A stretch of 63,547 nucleotides of DNA, filler included, from Octopus bimaculoides (lineage: Eukaryota), in the NCBI RefSeq assembly GCF_001194135.2. It is 7 parts of 7 records of this genome, joined end to end, with 100 filler letters (N's around TTAATTAATTAA, not from the genome) between each part and the next. Parts side by side here need not be neighbours in the genome. Positions count along the whole stretch, not along the records: positions 19,995 to 43,617 come from NC_069003.1; positions 43,718 to 53,823 come from NC_068985.1; 5 more parts are not named here. One strand, 5' to 3'. The notes under the pieces were generated by a model. The model was not told the DNA's origin and searched no databases. It worked only from the letters and a program-made list of their open reading frames with translations. This document shows positions 35,474-48,562 of this stretch, in pieces (the first letter of the stretch is position 1; every line of letters starts with the position of its first letter). Position numbers and translations under genes: made by a program.

Positions 35474-35762
35474 ACTGGAAAGAATGGCAGTATATCTCAC
35501 CTGAAATAGGGTTACAAAAGGGTACACTGAATTGAACCTTCCATCCAAACTTCCTTTTGATTTAGATCCAAACACCAGTTTAATGATGACAAAGTTATTT
35601 TATTAAATATTTAATTATTTTCAAAATTAACTGAAACAAAGTTTATTTTAAGAGAAATATGGTAATGAATGAGTTATGTAAATGATAATTTCAATAATAA
35701 TACATTTATCAATTTGTGTTACAAGATTCCTGATGTGAAATCATGTGTTGAAACAAATATTG

Positions 35763-35946
35763 TATTTTGGGATGGTCTTTTTTTTTCTTTTTTCTTTTTT
35801 TTTTTGACCAAATAAACACACACTATATATATTTTCTTCACTCTATATTATATAATAAACTCTATATAATAAACTAGTGAAGGAAAAATATATAGTGTGT
35901 GTGTTTATTTGGCAAAAAGAAAAAATAGAATGACCATCCCGAAATA
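35763..35946. repeat. Foldback element, ~75-bp arms
   Basis: CCAAATAAACACACACTATATAT.TTTTCTTCACT / AGTGAAGGAAAATATATAGTGTGTGTGTTTATTTGG, plus outer GGGATGGTC / GACCATCCC. Confidence 0.8.
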
Positions 35947-37899
35947 CTACAATATCAATAATAATAATAATTATTATTATATTAACATTAAATGAAATTC
36001 ACAATTCTACCAAAACATGCACTATGAGAAATAACAAAAGCTGCTATTTGTGGTGTTTACATTTGGTTGAAAACAGAACAGAAACATTATCAGCTTTGAA
36101 GGTCAGTTTCTGAATAAAAAGTAAATGTAAAAGGTCACCAAGAATCAAGGACAAAAACACATTGACCCTGGTGGAATATCTAATGACATTGAGATTTCAT
36201 ACAATGTATAAAAACCAGATTTTGTGAAATAATAATAATAATAATAAAAGGGAAAGGTAGTTTCAAATAGTAATGGCTTGTTTTGATGCAGCTATGGCTG
36301 TGTGGTTAACAAGTTCATATCTCAACCTCATGATTTCAAGTTCAATTCCACTGTGCAGCACTATAAGCAAGTATCTTCTCCGACAACCCCAGATCAGCCA
36401 GTCTTGTTGAGTGGATTTGGTGGGTTAGGGTTAGGGTATGTATGTATGTATATGTAATATTGCGAGTATTATCACAACTGTCTGATAAATGGTCATGTGA
36501 AGCTTTGAGTAATAATCTGTGAAGATTTTTCCAGCTTTAATAAAGACTAAATTACTCTACCTTTGATATTCAAGTACTATTTTTCTCCACTTTGTTTTGC
36601 ATCCATGTACTTACTTATGTATGTATCTCTCTGTCAATCAATCAATCAAAACAGAGAGGGGTTAATAAGAGATATTAATCCTGGCGAAATACTCCTTAAA
36701 CACTCTGCAGATAGAAATATACCAGGCTTACAAAAAAGTTGAGTGATTGGTATTGTACTTCAAATTTTTTAAGGCATATTTGCATTATCCAGTTTATATG
36801 GTATGATTTTACAGAGTGGTACATAAAGTCATCAGAAACAATGACTTGAATGTATACAACCCATTATTTCTGTCTTATTTTATATACATATGTATATATT
36901 TATGTATGCTTGCATGTATGTGTGTGTGTGTGTGTGTATATCTTGTATAATAAAGCAGTTTGTGTGTGTGTGTGTGTTCCTTATGGTTTCGAAAACTGAG
37001 ATGCCAATTTTGACGTATGAGGTACAAAAGGTTCAGTAATCTTTCGGCTACCAAATAAAGCATATTTTTTGCACAGCAACTCTTTTTTACTACAAAAATA
37101 ACCTCAAAAACAAGGTTGGGTCGCACAATTTTGAGGTCCTTAGCTAAGGGAGGCAACTCTGCCTGAACAATCTTAAAATACATGGAATTTTACCAGGGAA
37201 TGAAGCTTCGAAGTTATACCATCAACTTTATTAGTATTATTTAGTAGATAATCTTTTAATGTGAAGTATGTTTGTCTGTGTTCTGCTCAGCCCAGAGTTG
37301 TTTTTGATGTAACAGACCCATTACATCGTTTGTTTTTGTTTTTTTTCTCCCTGAAATACTGTAAATCTGTGTCTTTCTTTTCACGAAAGAATGTATTTTA
37401 AGAGAGATTTGGCTGCTATTTGTAGTAGCTCAATTTACCAATGACACACTTGTGTGTGTGTGTGTGTGTTGTTGTTGTGGTGGTGAAAAAATTACTTTTT
37501 ATCCGAATATTTTGCACAACATTTTTTTTAGAAATCTGGACATGTTTTTATTGCTAACCATTCAACTTCAAATTACAATTATTAATTGTTGGAAGTCAAG
37601 CAGACTGAGATGTACATATACTGTTATCATATAGAGTGAAAGTTCAATATGAACTCATTATCTTGTGGTTAGTAATCCATTACCTTAAATTTGAAGCAAT
37701 TAAGTCTTTAAACATTATTTTACTGGGTTTAGTCTTTCAATTGTTGCTATAATGAGGTATCACCTTCAAAAATTTAAACAATCATACTGACCTCAGTACA
37801 TATTTCAATCTGCATTGTACCTTGGGCAAGTGTTTTCTACTATAACCCTAGGCCAACCACAGACTAGTGACTGAATTTGGTTAATGGAAACTGCAGCGT

Positions 37900-38050
37900 T
37901 GTTCATCAGAAAATGACTGCAAAACATGTTTATAAAGAAGAGTTGTTTGCTTCATATTCCTCGTGTGTCAATTCTGCCCTTAAGAAAGGAACAAATAATA
38001 CAATGTGGCTGTCTGTCATAAAACCTGGGCAATGCCAGGTGCATTGCTAG
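37900..38050 (+). mobile_element. Non-autonomous Helitron-like 3' end
   Basis: Subterminal hairpin CCTGG-GCAATG-CCAGG followed by CTAG|T at 38047-38051. Confidence 0.5.
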
Positions 38051-38254
38051 TATATATATATATGTGTGTGTATGTGTGTATATATATATATATATATTAG
38101 GATTTTGCTGAGGCATACCGATAATAATGACCTGCTGTTAGAACCGAAGTACACATCAGTGTTAGGTGAGTACAGAGAAAATATGAAATTAAAAGAATTA
38201 CATAATCAACTTCATTGCCTTACATCTGTTTCTCCTATAAAAAGCACCAGACTT

Positions 38255-38328
38255 AGAGCTGAGTGCTTGTGCATCACTTTATAGCTTCCTTAGAGCCTTT
38301 AAAATGATGTGCAAGCACTCAGCTCTGA
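38255..38328 (+). ncRNA. Pre-miRNA-like hairpin (candidate)
   Basis: 27-bp stem (38255-38281 with 38300-38326) containing 1 mismatch and 2 G-U pairs, and an 18-nt loop with extra pairing. Expression unknown. Confidence 0.3.
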
Positions 38329-39825
38329 ATGCACTGCATCTTACAGCAAATATGGCTGTACGCTGATGTAGTTGATTACATAATTATTGTTCCTTTGTCA
38401 TTATGCTTTTTATATATACATATGGTTCTGGGTTCAGTCCCTCTGAGCAGCACTTTAGGCAAGTGTCTTCTACTATGGAATCGGGCCTACCTCAGTGTTG
38501 TGAGTGAATTTGGTAAACGGAAATTGAAAGAATCTCATCATACATATGTGGGTGTTTGTGTGTGTGCCTTTGTGTCTGTTTGTCCCACCACCACTTGATG
38601 AATGGTGCTTGTGTGATTACATTCCTGCAACTTAGCGGTTTGGCAAAAAGAACTGATAGAATAAGTACCAAGCTTTTAAAGATAAGTACTTGGGTCTATT
38701 CATTCAACTAAAAATTCTTCAAGGTGGTGCCCCAGCATGGCCACAGTCTAATGACTGAAACAAATAAAAAAAAAAAAAGATGTGTGTGTGTGTGTGTTAA
38801 CCAGAGAAGTGACCTTTCAGAGCTGGATTGCATGCTACTACTTCACAGATCACATCTTTGGGAGTGGGCCTGAATTGTGTCTGGACATTTTGGCGAAGTT
38901 AAGCAGAATATTTATGTTGTGAAAATTGAGTAAGTTAAACTGGGTTGCAGAGCAGACTTGCCATTCGAAATCTTAACTTCGTAATTTCTCTACTGTTCTC
39001 ACATACCCCTCCCTCCCTCCCCTTCTGCCTTGTTTTCTGCTTAATCAAGGCCAGCTGGCTTAGATAAAATGTCAGTGTTGCACCCAATTGAATCAAATTT
39101 GAGCAAACAAAGACAAGAAAAAGGAAAGATGTGGAGGGGGATGGAAGAAGTAAACTGAAAGAAAACTAGACTTGAATGAATAATAATGAAGAGGGAAGGG
39201 GCTTAAACAGGTTGTGAGATAAGAAAGTATTGAAGTTTAGCGATTGTCTTATCAACTTGGTTTTGTTGTGATTTTTTGATGGAAGAAGTAGGGGTGTGTA
39301 TGTGAGATATTTTGTGGTTGTAGTCACTTTATTAACGCCTTTGTATGAATGTGTATAAGACCATCTAAGCATGGAAGAGCCATAAAAGTTACAGATACTG
39401 GTGAAGGAGAGTCGGAAATGGTTTTATTTTTATTTTTTTAATTATGTAAATTATTTTTTTTAATAATTTGTGACAGTTGATGGGTAATGGTATCTGTTTG
39501 TTAAAGGTTTCCAGTGTGCCAGTTACAGTTTCATTGATATTTCTGGTCATAATAAGGGAGTATACATAACTTGGTGCAGAACAAATACCTCAAGGGACTT
39601 TGTAAAGCACCGTTTTTCCTCCCAGATTACGATCTGATTATTATATTTTTTGTTTATATACATCAGTGTGTGTGTGTGTGTGTGTGTAAACATGAGTGAA
39701 ATATTCTCTGACCTGGCTTGAAGAGCGAAAATGGCTCACCCAACCCATACCAACATGGAAAAGGGAGTAAAATGGTGTTGATGATTATACATGTGTATGT
39801 GCATGTGTACACACATTTGAAAAAA

Positions 39826-40055
39826 GGCGGCGAGCTGGCAGAAACGTTAGCATGCCGGACGAAATGCTTAGCAGTATTTCGTCTGCCGCTACGTTCTGAG
39901 TTCAAATTCCGCCGAGGTCGACTTTGCCTTTCATCCTTTCGGGGTCGATTAAATAAGTACCAGTTATGCACTGGGGTCGATATAATCGACTTAATCCGTT
40001 TGTCTGTCCTTGTTTGTCCCCTCTGTGTGTAGCCCTTGTGGGTAGTAAAGAAATA
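39826..40055 (+). mobile_element. Young SINE copy with perfect 15-bp TSD
   Basis: ACACATTTGAAAAAA at 39811-39825 and 40056-40070; head GGCGGCGAGCTGGCAGAAACGTTAGC...GTTCTGAGTTCAAATTCC. Confidence 0.9.
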
Positions 40056-40144
40056 ACACATTTGAAAAAATGAATAGAAATAGCTTTTCTGATTTTTTTC
40101 CGCTTGGGTTATCTATCATGTGCTTGAGAAAACTCATCAAGCCT

Positions 40145-40380
40145 CGTGAAATCATAGTTGTGACCATTGCCAGCGTCATGTAAATGGCACCCATACCAGT
40201 GGCATGTAAAAGGCACCCATTACACTCTTGGAGTGGTTGGCATTTGGAAGGGCATCCAGCCATAGAAACCATGCCAAATCAGACTGGAACCTGGTGCAGC
40301 TCTCAGTCTTACCAATTCCAACCAAACCGTCTAACCCATGCCAGCATGAAAAGTGGATGTTAAATGACGACGATGATGAT
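40145..40380 (+). mobile_element. Retroposon 3' portion with RTE-type (GAT)n tail
   Basis: GGAAGGGCATCCAGC...AACCCATGCCAGCATG...(GAT)n, shared with 60550-60795 and 59290-59340. Confidence 0.65.
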
Positions 40381-40989
40381 GTTTAGTGTCTTTCTTGCTA
40401 ATAAGGTTCATCACTGATAGTTAGTTATTTAGTTTTATTTATATTGACTTTTGACTTGCTCATCTCACATATTATGCTGTTCAGTTGTAAATTTAACCCT
40501 TTTACATTCGGCTTATTCTGTCAAATGTTAAGCTTATAAAATGAAAATGTTTTGAATTAAACATGCGATATCTTGTCGCTTAGAGATTTTGATGATGTGC
40601 TTATTTAGTTTTAGAATGGCATTGTTGGGTTGGTGTGAGAGGCCAGATCTGGTCAGTTTCAACATAAAAGAGGTTAAATATTTCAGCCTGATGTGGCTGG
40701 TTTAAAAGCTAAAGGGTTTACATATGGAATAATTCATTCTTTGAATCACTGCTGCCATGTCTTTTCAGCTGGAAGAACTTCTTCCTTAACTCCACCTGCA
40801 CTATTTATTTGGTGTTGGTCTTTTGTCTCAAAGTTTTGCCTTATTCACCATGCTTGGCACCTAGGTGAAATTTCCCACAAAATGGTGAGAGCTGGAACAA
40901 ACTCTGCAAGATCTCTGGTCTGATATTCTTACAGTCCTGCCAATCTGTCATCTTGGATTGGCAGAAAAGGTGAAAGGCAAAGTTACAGA

Positions 40990-41235
40990 AGGTGGTGGTG
41001 GTGCTTGTAAATCCCATCCTTGTTGCTGAGAATTAGGAACCATGAACCTATGCACCATTTCTCTCTCCAGCAATTTTCTGCTTTTGGCCATGGTCGTGCA
41101 TTCACCCAGAGGTCTTCCGTTCCATTCTTTGATGTTGTCCGTCTCTTGCTTCCTTAACTTCCATTGACTCCTCTTTCTAGGATATGGATATTGAGGTTTC
41201 TGGGCAGTAATGAGTTGCCCAAAATACATTCTACT
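40990..41235 (-). mobile_element. RTE (BovB-like) LINE 3' fragment
   Basis: YFGQ...DNIKEWNGRPLGECTTMAKSR resembles the RTE C-terminus YFGH...WxDNIKEWTG..L.EC...A..R. Confidence 0.6.
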
Positions 41236-43424
41236 GCTTTAACTCTTCTCTTACCATACTTCTGTTAAAATAAGTCACTTTTCTTTCAAATAATATTGAA
41301 AATAGTGATAAATTATCTAAAAAATAAATCTGTCATTAAGCTGGTCTTTGGAACATAATTTAACAGAAAATTTTGAGAGGAGGTTTGGCATCACTTTAAC
41401 CCTTTTGTTACCATATTTCTGTTGAAATGTGCTGCCTTTGTTTTAATTAATTTTGAAAATAATGAAGAATTTAATGAATTAACATTATTATTCAGCTGGT
41501 GTTTAGAACATAAATTAACAGGAAATTTGAAGGAAGTTTTAAATTTAGATCACTTTAAATCAGGAAATTTAAACCATAGAATCAGGAACTGTCTCAGACA
41601 AGTTGGTATCAAGAGGATTAAATCTCACTGCCACTCTGTTCTGGCCAGGAATTTCTTCTGAAATCTCAATATCTTCATTTGGTGTTTGTTGAATTACTTC
41701 NNNNNNNNNNNNNNNNNNNNNNNNNNNNNNNNNNNNNNNNNNNNNNNNNNNNNNNNNNNNNNNNNNNNNNNNNNNNNNNNNNNNNNNNNNNNNNNNNNNN
41801 NNNNNNNNNNNNNNNNNNNNNNNNNNNNNNNNNNNNNNNNNNNNNNNNNNNNNNNNNNNNNNNNNNNNNNNNNNNNNNNNNNNNNNNNNNNNNNNNNNNN
41901 NNNNNNNNNNNNNNNNNNNNNNTGGGGCTGGGGGGATGGGGGTGTTGTTATTTATACTCGTTTCAGTTATTAGACTGTGGCCATGCTGGGGCACCATCTT
42001 GAGTCTTTAGTTGAATGAATCAACCCCAGTTCTTATCTTATTTTTTTTTTTAAAGCCTGGTACTTATTCTATTGGTCTGTTTTGCTGAACCACTAAAATG
42101 CAGGGATGTAAACACACCAACACCAGTTGTCAAGTGGTGGTTGGAGACAGACACACACACACACATACACACACACACACAATGAGCTTCTTTCAGTTTC
42201 CTTTCCATCTACCAAATCCACGTACAAAGCTTTGGTCGACCCAAGGCTATAAGTAGAAGACACTTGCCCAAGGAGGGATCGAACCTCGAATCATGTGGCT
42301 GGGAAGCAAGCTTCTTACCACACAACTACACCTGCACCTGTTAACTTTTCTTTAACATGGTTCATAGCAATTTCTCTGTGCATTTATTTTGGCTGAGAGA
42401 AGTTTTACCATTCTTGATTTATGGAACCAAGAGTAAATGGAGAGTTGAGTTTCATGTCAATAGAGCATGCTGTGTATCATTGAAAAGAAACTAACTTTTC
42501 TACTGTATTAAAGAACAAGGCATGTTGATGATAACAAGGTATGCATGTTGGAGGAACGAAGTAAGGGGGGGAGTATTTAAACCAGGGTTTAAATCAATGA
42601 ACCCTTTATGGAATCCTCGATAACTTATTGACTCTCAACATATGAATTTCTAAAATAAAATTAAAAAGTATAATTAATAAAAAAGAATTTCTTGGTTTGA
42701 AAATGATAATTCCTTCATTCTTTATTGTCATTGCCACTTTTTTAATTAATTAGAAATATTTAAATCAACTTTATGAATATACTTAATGAAATTGATAATG
42801 AGCAATAAGTTTAGTGTTGTTATATTGACATAACTGAAATATTTAATGTGAAATATGTATTTGGTGAATCCTAGTTATTGTTATATTGAAATTTGGCTGG
42901 AAATTAGTGAGTTTTAGCCTTAAATTACCCATACTCTTCTTGATTTAAATAATTCAGCACCCTTAATACCTAAAATTGATTCAAGTGTTTATTGACCCCC
43001 TTGAATAGCCACATAAGACCCTTCAGGGGTCAATATTGACCTCTTCATCAACCCCTAATTTAGACAAACCTAACCATAATTGTTGAACATGTGAAAAAAT
43101 TACTAAATTTATAATAAATAAACTGGTTCTAGCAGGTGCTATTTCACACTGCCACGAGGTTCTGTCAAGAAAGGAGACTGTCTCCTTGTTTCAGTCCAAG
43201 TTTGTGGACTGAAACAAGTCTTTCCTCATTAACAACACCTGTTGTGTTTGGTGTCAGGTGAGAATAAACAACATAATAAAAGCCAAGGAACCTAACAGTG
43301 ACCATTATCATTATTAAACAATAATAATAGAAATTATGATAATTATTATTATTATTACTACTATTATTATTATTATTATTATTGTTAAGACGAAGAGCGC
43401 GATTCGATTGTATAAATGTTTTAT

Positions 43425-43617
43425 TCATTGAACAATATTTCGACAGTACGTCTGTCAGGCATAAGAACAGTAGTTCAACAGAACTTGCTGAACATTTCGT
43501 TTCAAGCGGCTGCAATTTTGAAGAAGACTTGAAAGTGCACATTCTCAAAAAATATTCTGAATCTGCCCCACTTTCACTTCTCAGAATGTATGAGAAATAT
43601 GTTTGCAGGTTATTAAC
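43425..43617 (+). mobile_element. Penelope-like element GIY-YIG C-terminal fragment, cut by gap
   Basis: VRHKNSSSTELAEHFVSSGCNFEEDLKVHILKK...LRMYEKYVCRL: the H...A.HF...DL.V.IL...R..E...I..L pattern. Confidence 0.6.
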
Positions 43618-43809
43618 NNNNNNNNNNNNNNNNNNNNNNNNNNNNNNNNNNNNNNNNNNNNTTAATTAATTAANNNNNNNNNNNNNNNNNNNNNNNNNNN
43701 NNNNNNNNNNNNNNNNNATATGTATGTATGTATATATGTAGATAGATAGATTGATAGACGATAAGAAAATACAGGAAAAATAAGAATAAGAATTGTGTCT
43801 TTTGCGCTA

Positions 43810-45475
43810 GGAAGCCATTGTTTGTTAAGTCCGTTGTGATGTGGAAGATGAGTAGAAGTTAGTTGGACCTGCGGTCTCGTGGTCATTTAGTAGCATGGCT
43901 TCCATATGTCTGTGACTTGGTTAACTCTAAAGTGATATAAGGAGCTATGTGTCAGTAAGTTATAGGTTGCAGGTGGTTCGTATTTATAAATAAAGCCGTA
44001 TATAGGTGTAAAGTATAAATCGAGCGTCCGTCCGATCTAGCGAGTAGGGAGACTCGTTACCGTAATAATATTTAGTTATGAAGAGTGCAAAGAGAAATGG
44101 GGTTGGAATGGGAAACTTTTCGTGTAAGTAACGTTGGTGGTTCTCGACGAAAAGAAATATAGGAATAAATAGGCTAGCGTAGGATTAGACTAGGTATATA
44201 CTTGTTGGTTTATAATGTGGGTTTGTAGTAGTGTAACATAGAATATGGATTAGGTATATTGTTTATTTATTTATAATGTAGGTTTGGATTGGTGTTAGGC
44301 TTAAGTTAACAATGATTTAAGGGGAGGTTATGTGCTAGAAGGGTTAAGTTTAGGAGTTAGTGATGTGTACAGGATTGACCAGGTTCAATGAAACTTCAAA
44401 AAGACAAATTGGCCTAAATGTAGACATATAGATTTTTATTTTCATATTTCCTATTGAGTAGAATCGGTTTAGACATTAATATCTGGAGGCTTTATGTTAA
44501 AGATCACACCGCTTATTGGTGGTGTTATAAGACGAAGTTTTTGCTAGAATACGCCGTTCTAAAATATAATTGATTTTTTATTCTTTAATTCCCAGATGTA
44601 ACTACTTAGCCCTGTGGCGTTTGCTTTACTTCTATTTCTAAAACTAGATTGGTGGGAATTGTACCTAAGTATCGTTTTGCTCTTCGTGGTTCCAATATGC
44701 GATTCTGTATGGTTATTTGCGAGTACATCGCAGTGGTATACTACATTTCTTTTTACACCTATTAGAGAATTGACACTTATTTCTGTCTCTGCAGCAACAT
44801 AAAATATTCAGTTTATCTGTGCTAGTGTCATATTGAGGGGCGGGGGGTGTTAGTGTTTCTCGGCTCGTTGTCCGTGTTGATTGAAGGCGCGTCATTCGGG
44901 CTGAGATTTATTCTATTTGCCGGTTGGCTATTATATTTTATGTTGCTAATTTTCCTAGTTTCGTAGAAGGTGTCTAGCTTATTACAATTTATCGAGTCTA
45001 TGGTGGTAGCTGCGTTACAAGTCAGGCTATGGCCTGCTCTAATTTTATTCTTAAATATTGCTGCATATTTATTATTTAAGTTTATGTGCCTATCTATGAG
45101 TCTCATTATGGAGTGAACTGTTAGATTTGAGCTGCATGGCGAAGGGGATTATTAGCCAGATCTTGTCACTATTTCGTTTATTATTAATATTGTTATTTTT
45201 GGTGTAGAAACTGCCCTCAGTTTTCGTGTAGTGTGTAAAGTTGTAGTTATGGTTATTGTATTTCTGTAGTTCTGTTTATTTTTTTTATTATTGTTCCTGT
45301 CAGATTTATTGGGGTTATTTCTATACGGTATATGTGAACGAAATGGCTTGGTGTTATCGTACTTTACTGAGGTTATATTGGAAACCATGCTACTAAATGA
45401 CCACAAGACCACAGGTTCAACTAACTCCTACTCTTCTTCCAACTTACAACGAACTAAACGAACAGTGAACCTAAC
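43810..45475 (-). mobile_element. 5'-truncated Penelope-like element with inverted terminal copy
   Basis: Minus strand: RLIDRH...KYAAIF.NKI..., CCCRDRNKCQ, then VVYHCDV...HIGTT...RYNSHQSSFRN...ATGLSSYIWELKNK (GIY-YIG, about 44735-44480). 43816-43912 is an ~80% inverted copy of 45382-45470. Confidence 0.85.
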
Positions 45476-48444
45476 TATAATGTAAGACTTTCGAACCTTT
45501 GATCATTTTCTGTTTCGATGTATTCTTCTACTTTTCGCTCTTCTCTACCTCAGAATTCTTCGTTCTCATGATGTCTACCATTGGCAACGAGGCAAAACTA
45601 TAGATATATATTTTCCTCATCATGGTACACTGAAACGATCGTAAACTCACTCCTACTTTCACCTTTCTTAACTAATTAAATAATGGCTTCCTAGCTCAAA
45701 AGACACAATTCTTATTGTTATTTAGCCTCCATTTTCTTATCGTGTATATAATTTAAACTACGATTTACACACCGAATTACCANNNNNNNNNNNNNNNNNN
45801 NNNNNNNNNNNNNNNNNNNNNNNNNNNNNNNNNNNNNNNNNNNNNNNNNNNNNNNNNNNNNNNNNNNNNNNNNNNNNNNNNNNNNNATATATATATATAT
45901 ATATATATACATATATATACGATTCGTGTGTGTGTATTTACTTGTAGTTGCGTTATTTTGAAATGCAAGATATGAGATCTCCTGTTTCATATATCCCCAA
46001 TAGCCTTCATAATCTTTATGGTAGTATTACTGAAATCACGAATATGTTTAATATCATCGATATGTTACTTTTGTATGTCTATATCGAGAACTACACGAAG
46101 AAAGTGAGTTGCCGAGTAGCACATGCTGTAACTATTTATTTTCAACATTATACTCTGTGCTTCATCCGTTATCGATATGTCATATACAGTATCTCTAAAA
46201 TGTAATGTTTACTGTTACTTTTAAAATCCACTGGGCAAGCAATCTAGAATGCATATACTTAGGTTATCAAACCGACAAAAATATTAGTCCAATCCCACTG
46301 ATGTTAGAAAATATCATCATATAGTTACAATATACCCTCTATTCATCCAGACAAAAAAAAAACAGTGTTGTGTCTGGACAGGCTTTGACGTAGTGTCTGA
46401 CAACTCGTCCTTTTTGACACTTACACAAAATTATCATTTATTCATAGACACACTGTATTTTCCGAACTACTTTTGGACGTTTCAATGGTCAAATAGAATG
46501 CTAATAATAGCAACCAGTTTTTCATTAAGCTACAATAGAAAGTTTTTAGAAAGTGAAGTCGTTTTGGATAAGGTATAATTCGATACACTTAGCCTGAAAT
46601 TTGAAGACTATATGCACCCGCTCCAATATGTTGACCATTGTTTCTCTCGATTTGAAGCTATACAAGAATAGCAAAAAATATCGACGCGAGAAGCCATACA
46701 CACATTATCATGTTTCCCTTGAATAAGTCAGATTTGTTTATGCTAAGAATAGCATGATGACCGATTGTATCTTTTTCTTCATATCTCATTCAACAGGAAT
46801 TTGTGAAGTTCATGGACAATATTTATTAGTTCAAACTAATTCAGTAAAAAAGAAAAAACACCTATGATAAACCATAGAGTGTTCCTAGAGCGCAGTTTGA
46901 ATTCCTAGTTATTCATCACTATTACTTATATACACATCAAAGGTATATGTCTGAGATAGATAGGCGCTCCATTTTCCTCTATTACATTCATAATGCGTAT
47001 GACATTCTATCACGTTTCATATTTTTATATGAATCGTTGTAGAAAGGTCATTCCTCATAAACATTTATATATTCATATATTAATGTGATTGATAATGTCC
47101 AATGTCCATCTACGTAAAAATAGGATGTTAATAACTGAACAATAAACAAGAGAAAGGGAGAAAATAGACGTCTACAATGAGCTAACTCGCACAGGGGGAA
47201 TTCCAGTGAAGAGAATCACAGATCATGTGGTGGTGTTAAACCTGACACATTGTTAAGCCTGAGGTTTTATCACTCCATTTAACGTTTCCGTTGATTAGTA
47301 TAGTGTTAATATTATTTGGTATCTTCACTACATGTATATATGTCAAAAATCTATCTGAAACAGTTAAATTAGTTGCTACATAATGCAAAAAAGTTTTGTA
47401 TCATATTTCTTCTAAAATTGTATAGACTTTTGAAACAGAATACACTTCACCTACTATATTTATATATTAGAATGTTTATCAATGATGTATATCCAGATTG
47501 AAAAGAATTGAGACTATATTTCGGAAGTTAGACGAAATTAAATGAGGTAAGATCGAATCGCAAAAATTGAAGAAACGTCTACATAGAGAAAAACACAAAC
47601 ATATTCATATTTAAAACGATGGAATAGTCAACCAAATTAACAGATTCTGTATAGATACTAAATTGTAATCCCATCGATTATATTTCAGATTATCTTGAGA
47701 ATCTTAATCGAAGACAGAACAGGTCACAATCATGAGGTTTAACTGTAACTGTCAAATGGAAATAAGCTATTTGTAAAGACTAGCATAGAGTAGCATAAAA
47801 TAATTCAGCTAGAAAATGGAATACGAGCAATTAAAAATCAGGCAAATCCAACATATACACAATGAACACTGGAAATTATAAAAACTGTTGCTTACATAAA
47901 ATCAAATACACACACCCGCACACACATACACACACATAAATACAAACACAGAGACAAACAGACACAAACACACACATACACAGTGTATGTATATATATAT
48001 ANNNNNNNNNNNNNNNNNNNNNNNNNNNNNNNNNNNNNNNNNNNNNNNNNNNNNNNNNNNNNNNNNNNNNNNNNNNNNNNNNNNNNNNNNNNNNNNNNNN
48101 NNNNNNNNNNNNNNNNNNNNNNNNNNNNNNNNNNNNNNNNNNNNNNNNNNNNNNNNNNNNNNNNNNNNNNNNNNNNNNNNNNNNNNNNNNNNNNNNNNNN
48201 NNNNNNNNNNNNNNNNNNNNNNNNNNNNNNNNNNNNNNNNNNNNNNNNNNNNNNNNNNNNNNNNNNNNNNNNNNNNNNNNNNNNNNNNNNNNNNNNNNNN
48301 NNNNNNNNNNNNNNNNNNNNNNNNNNNNNNNNNNNNNNNNNNNNNNNNNNNNNNNNNNNNNNNNNNNNNNNNNNNNNNNNNNNNNNNNNNNNNNNNNNNN
48401 NNNNNNNNNNNNNNNNNNNNNNNNNNNNNNNNNNNNNNNNNNNN

Positions 48445-48562
<118 letters not shown>

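Noticed and set aside
36421-36437. Telomere-like (TTAGGG)n runs (also 11590-11625 and 53495-53520)
   Set aside because: Only 2-3 imperfect units embedded in dispersed repeats.
43700-45500. Strand-skewed sequence suggesting a NUMT
   Set aside because: Translates to a Penelope GIY-YIG region; no mitochondrial gene motifs found.
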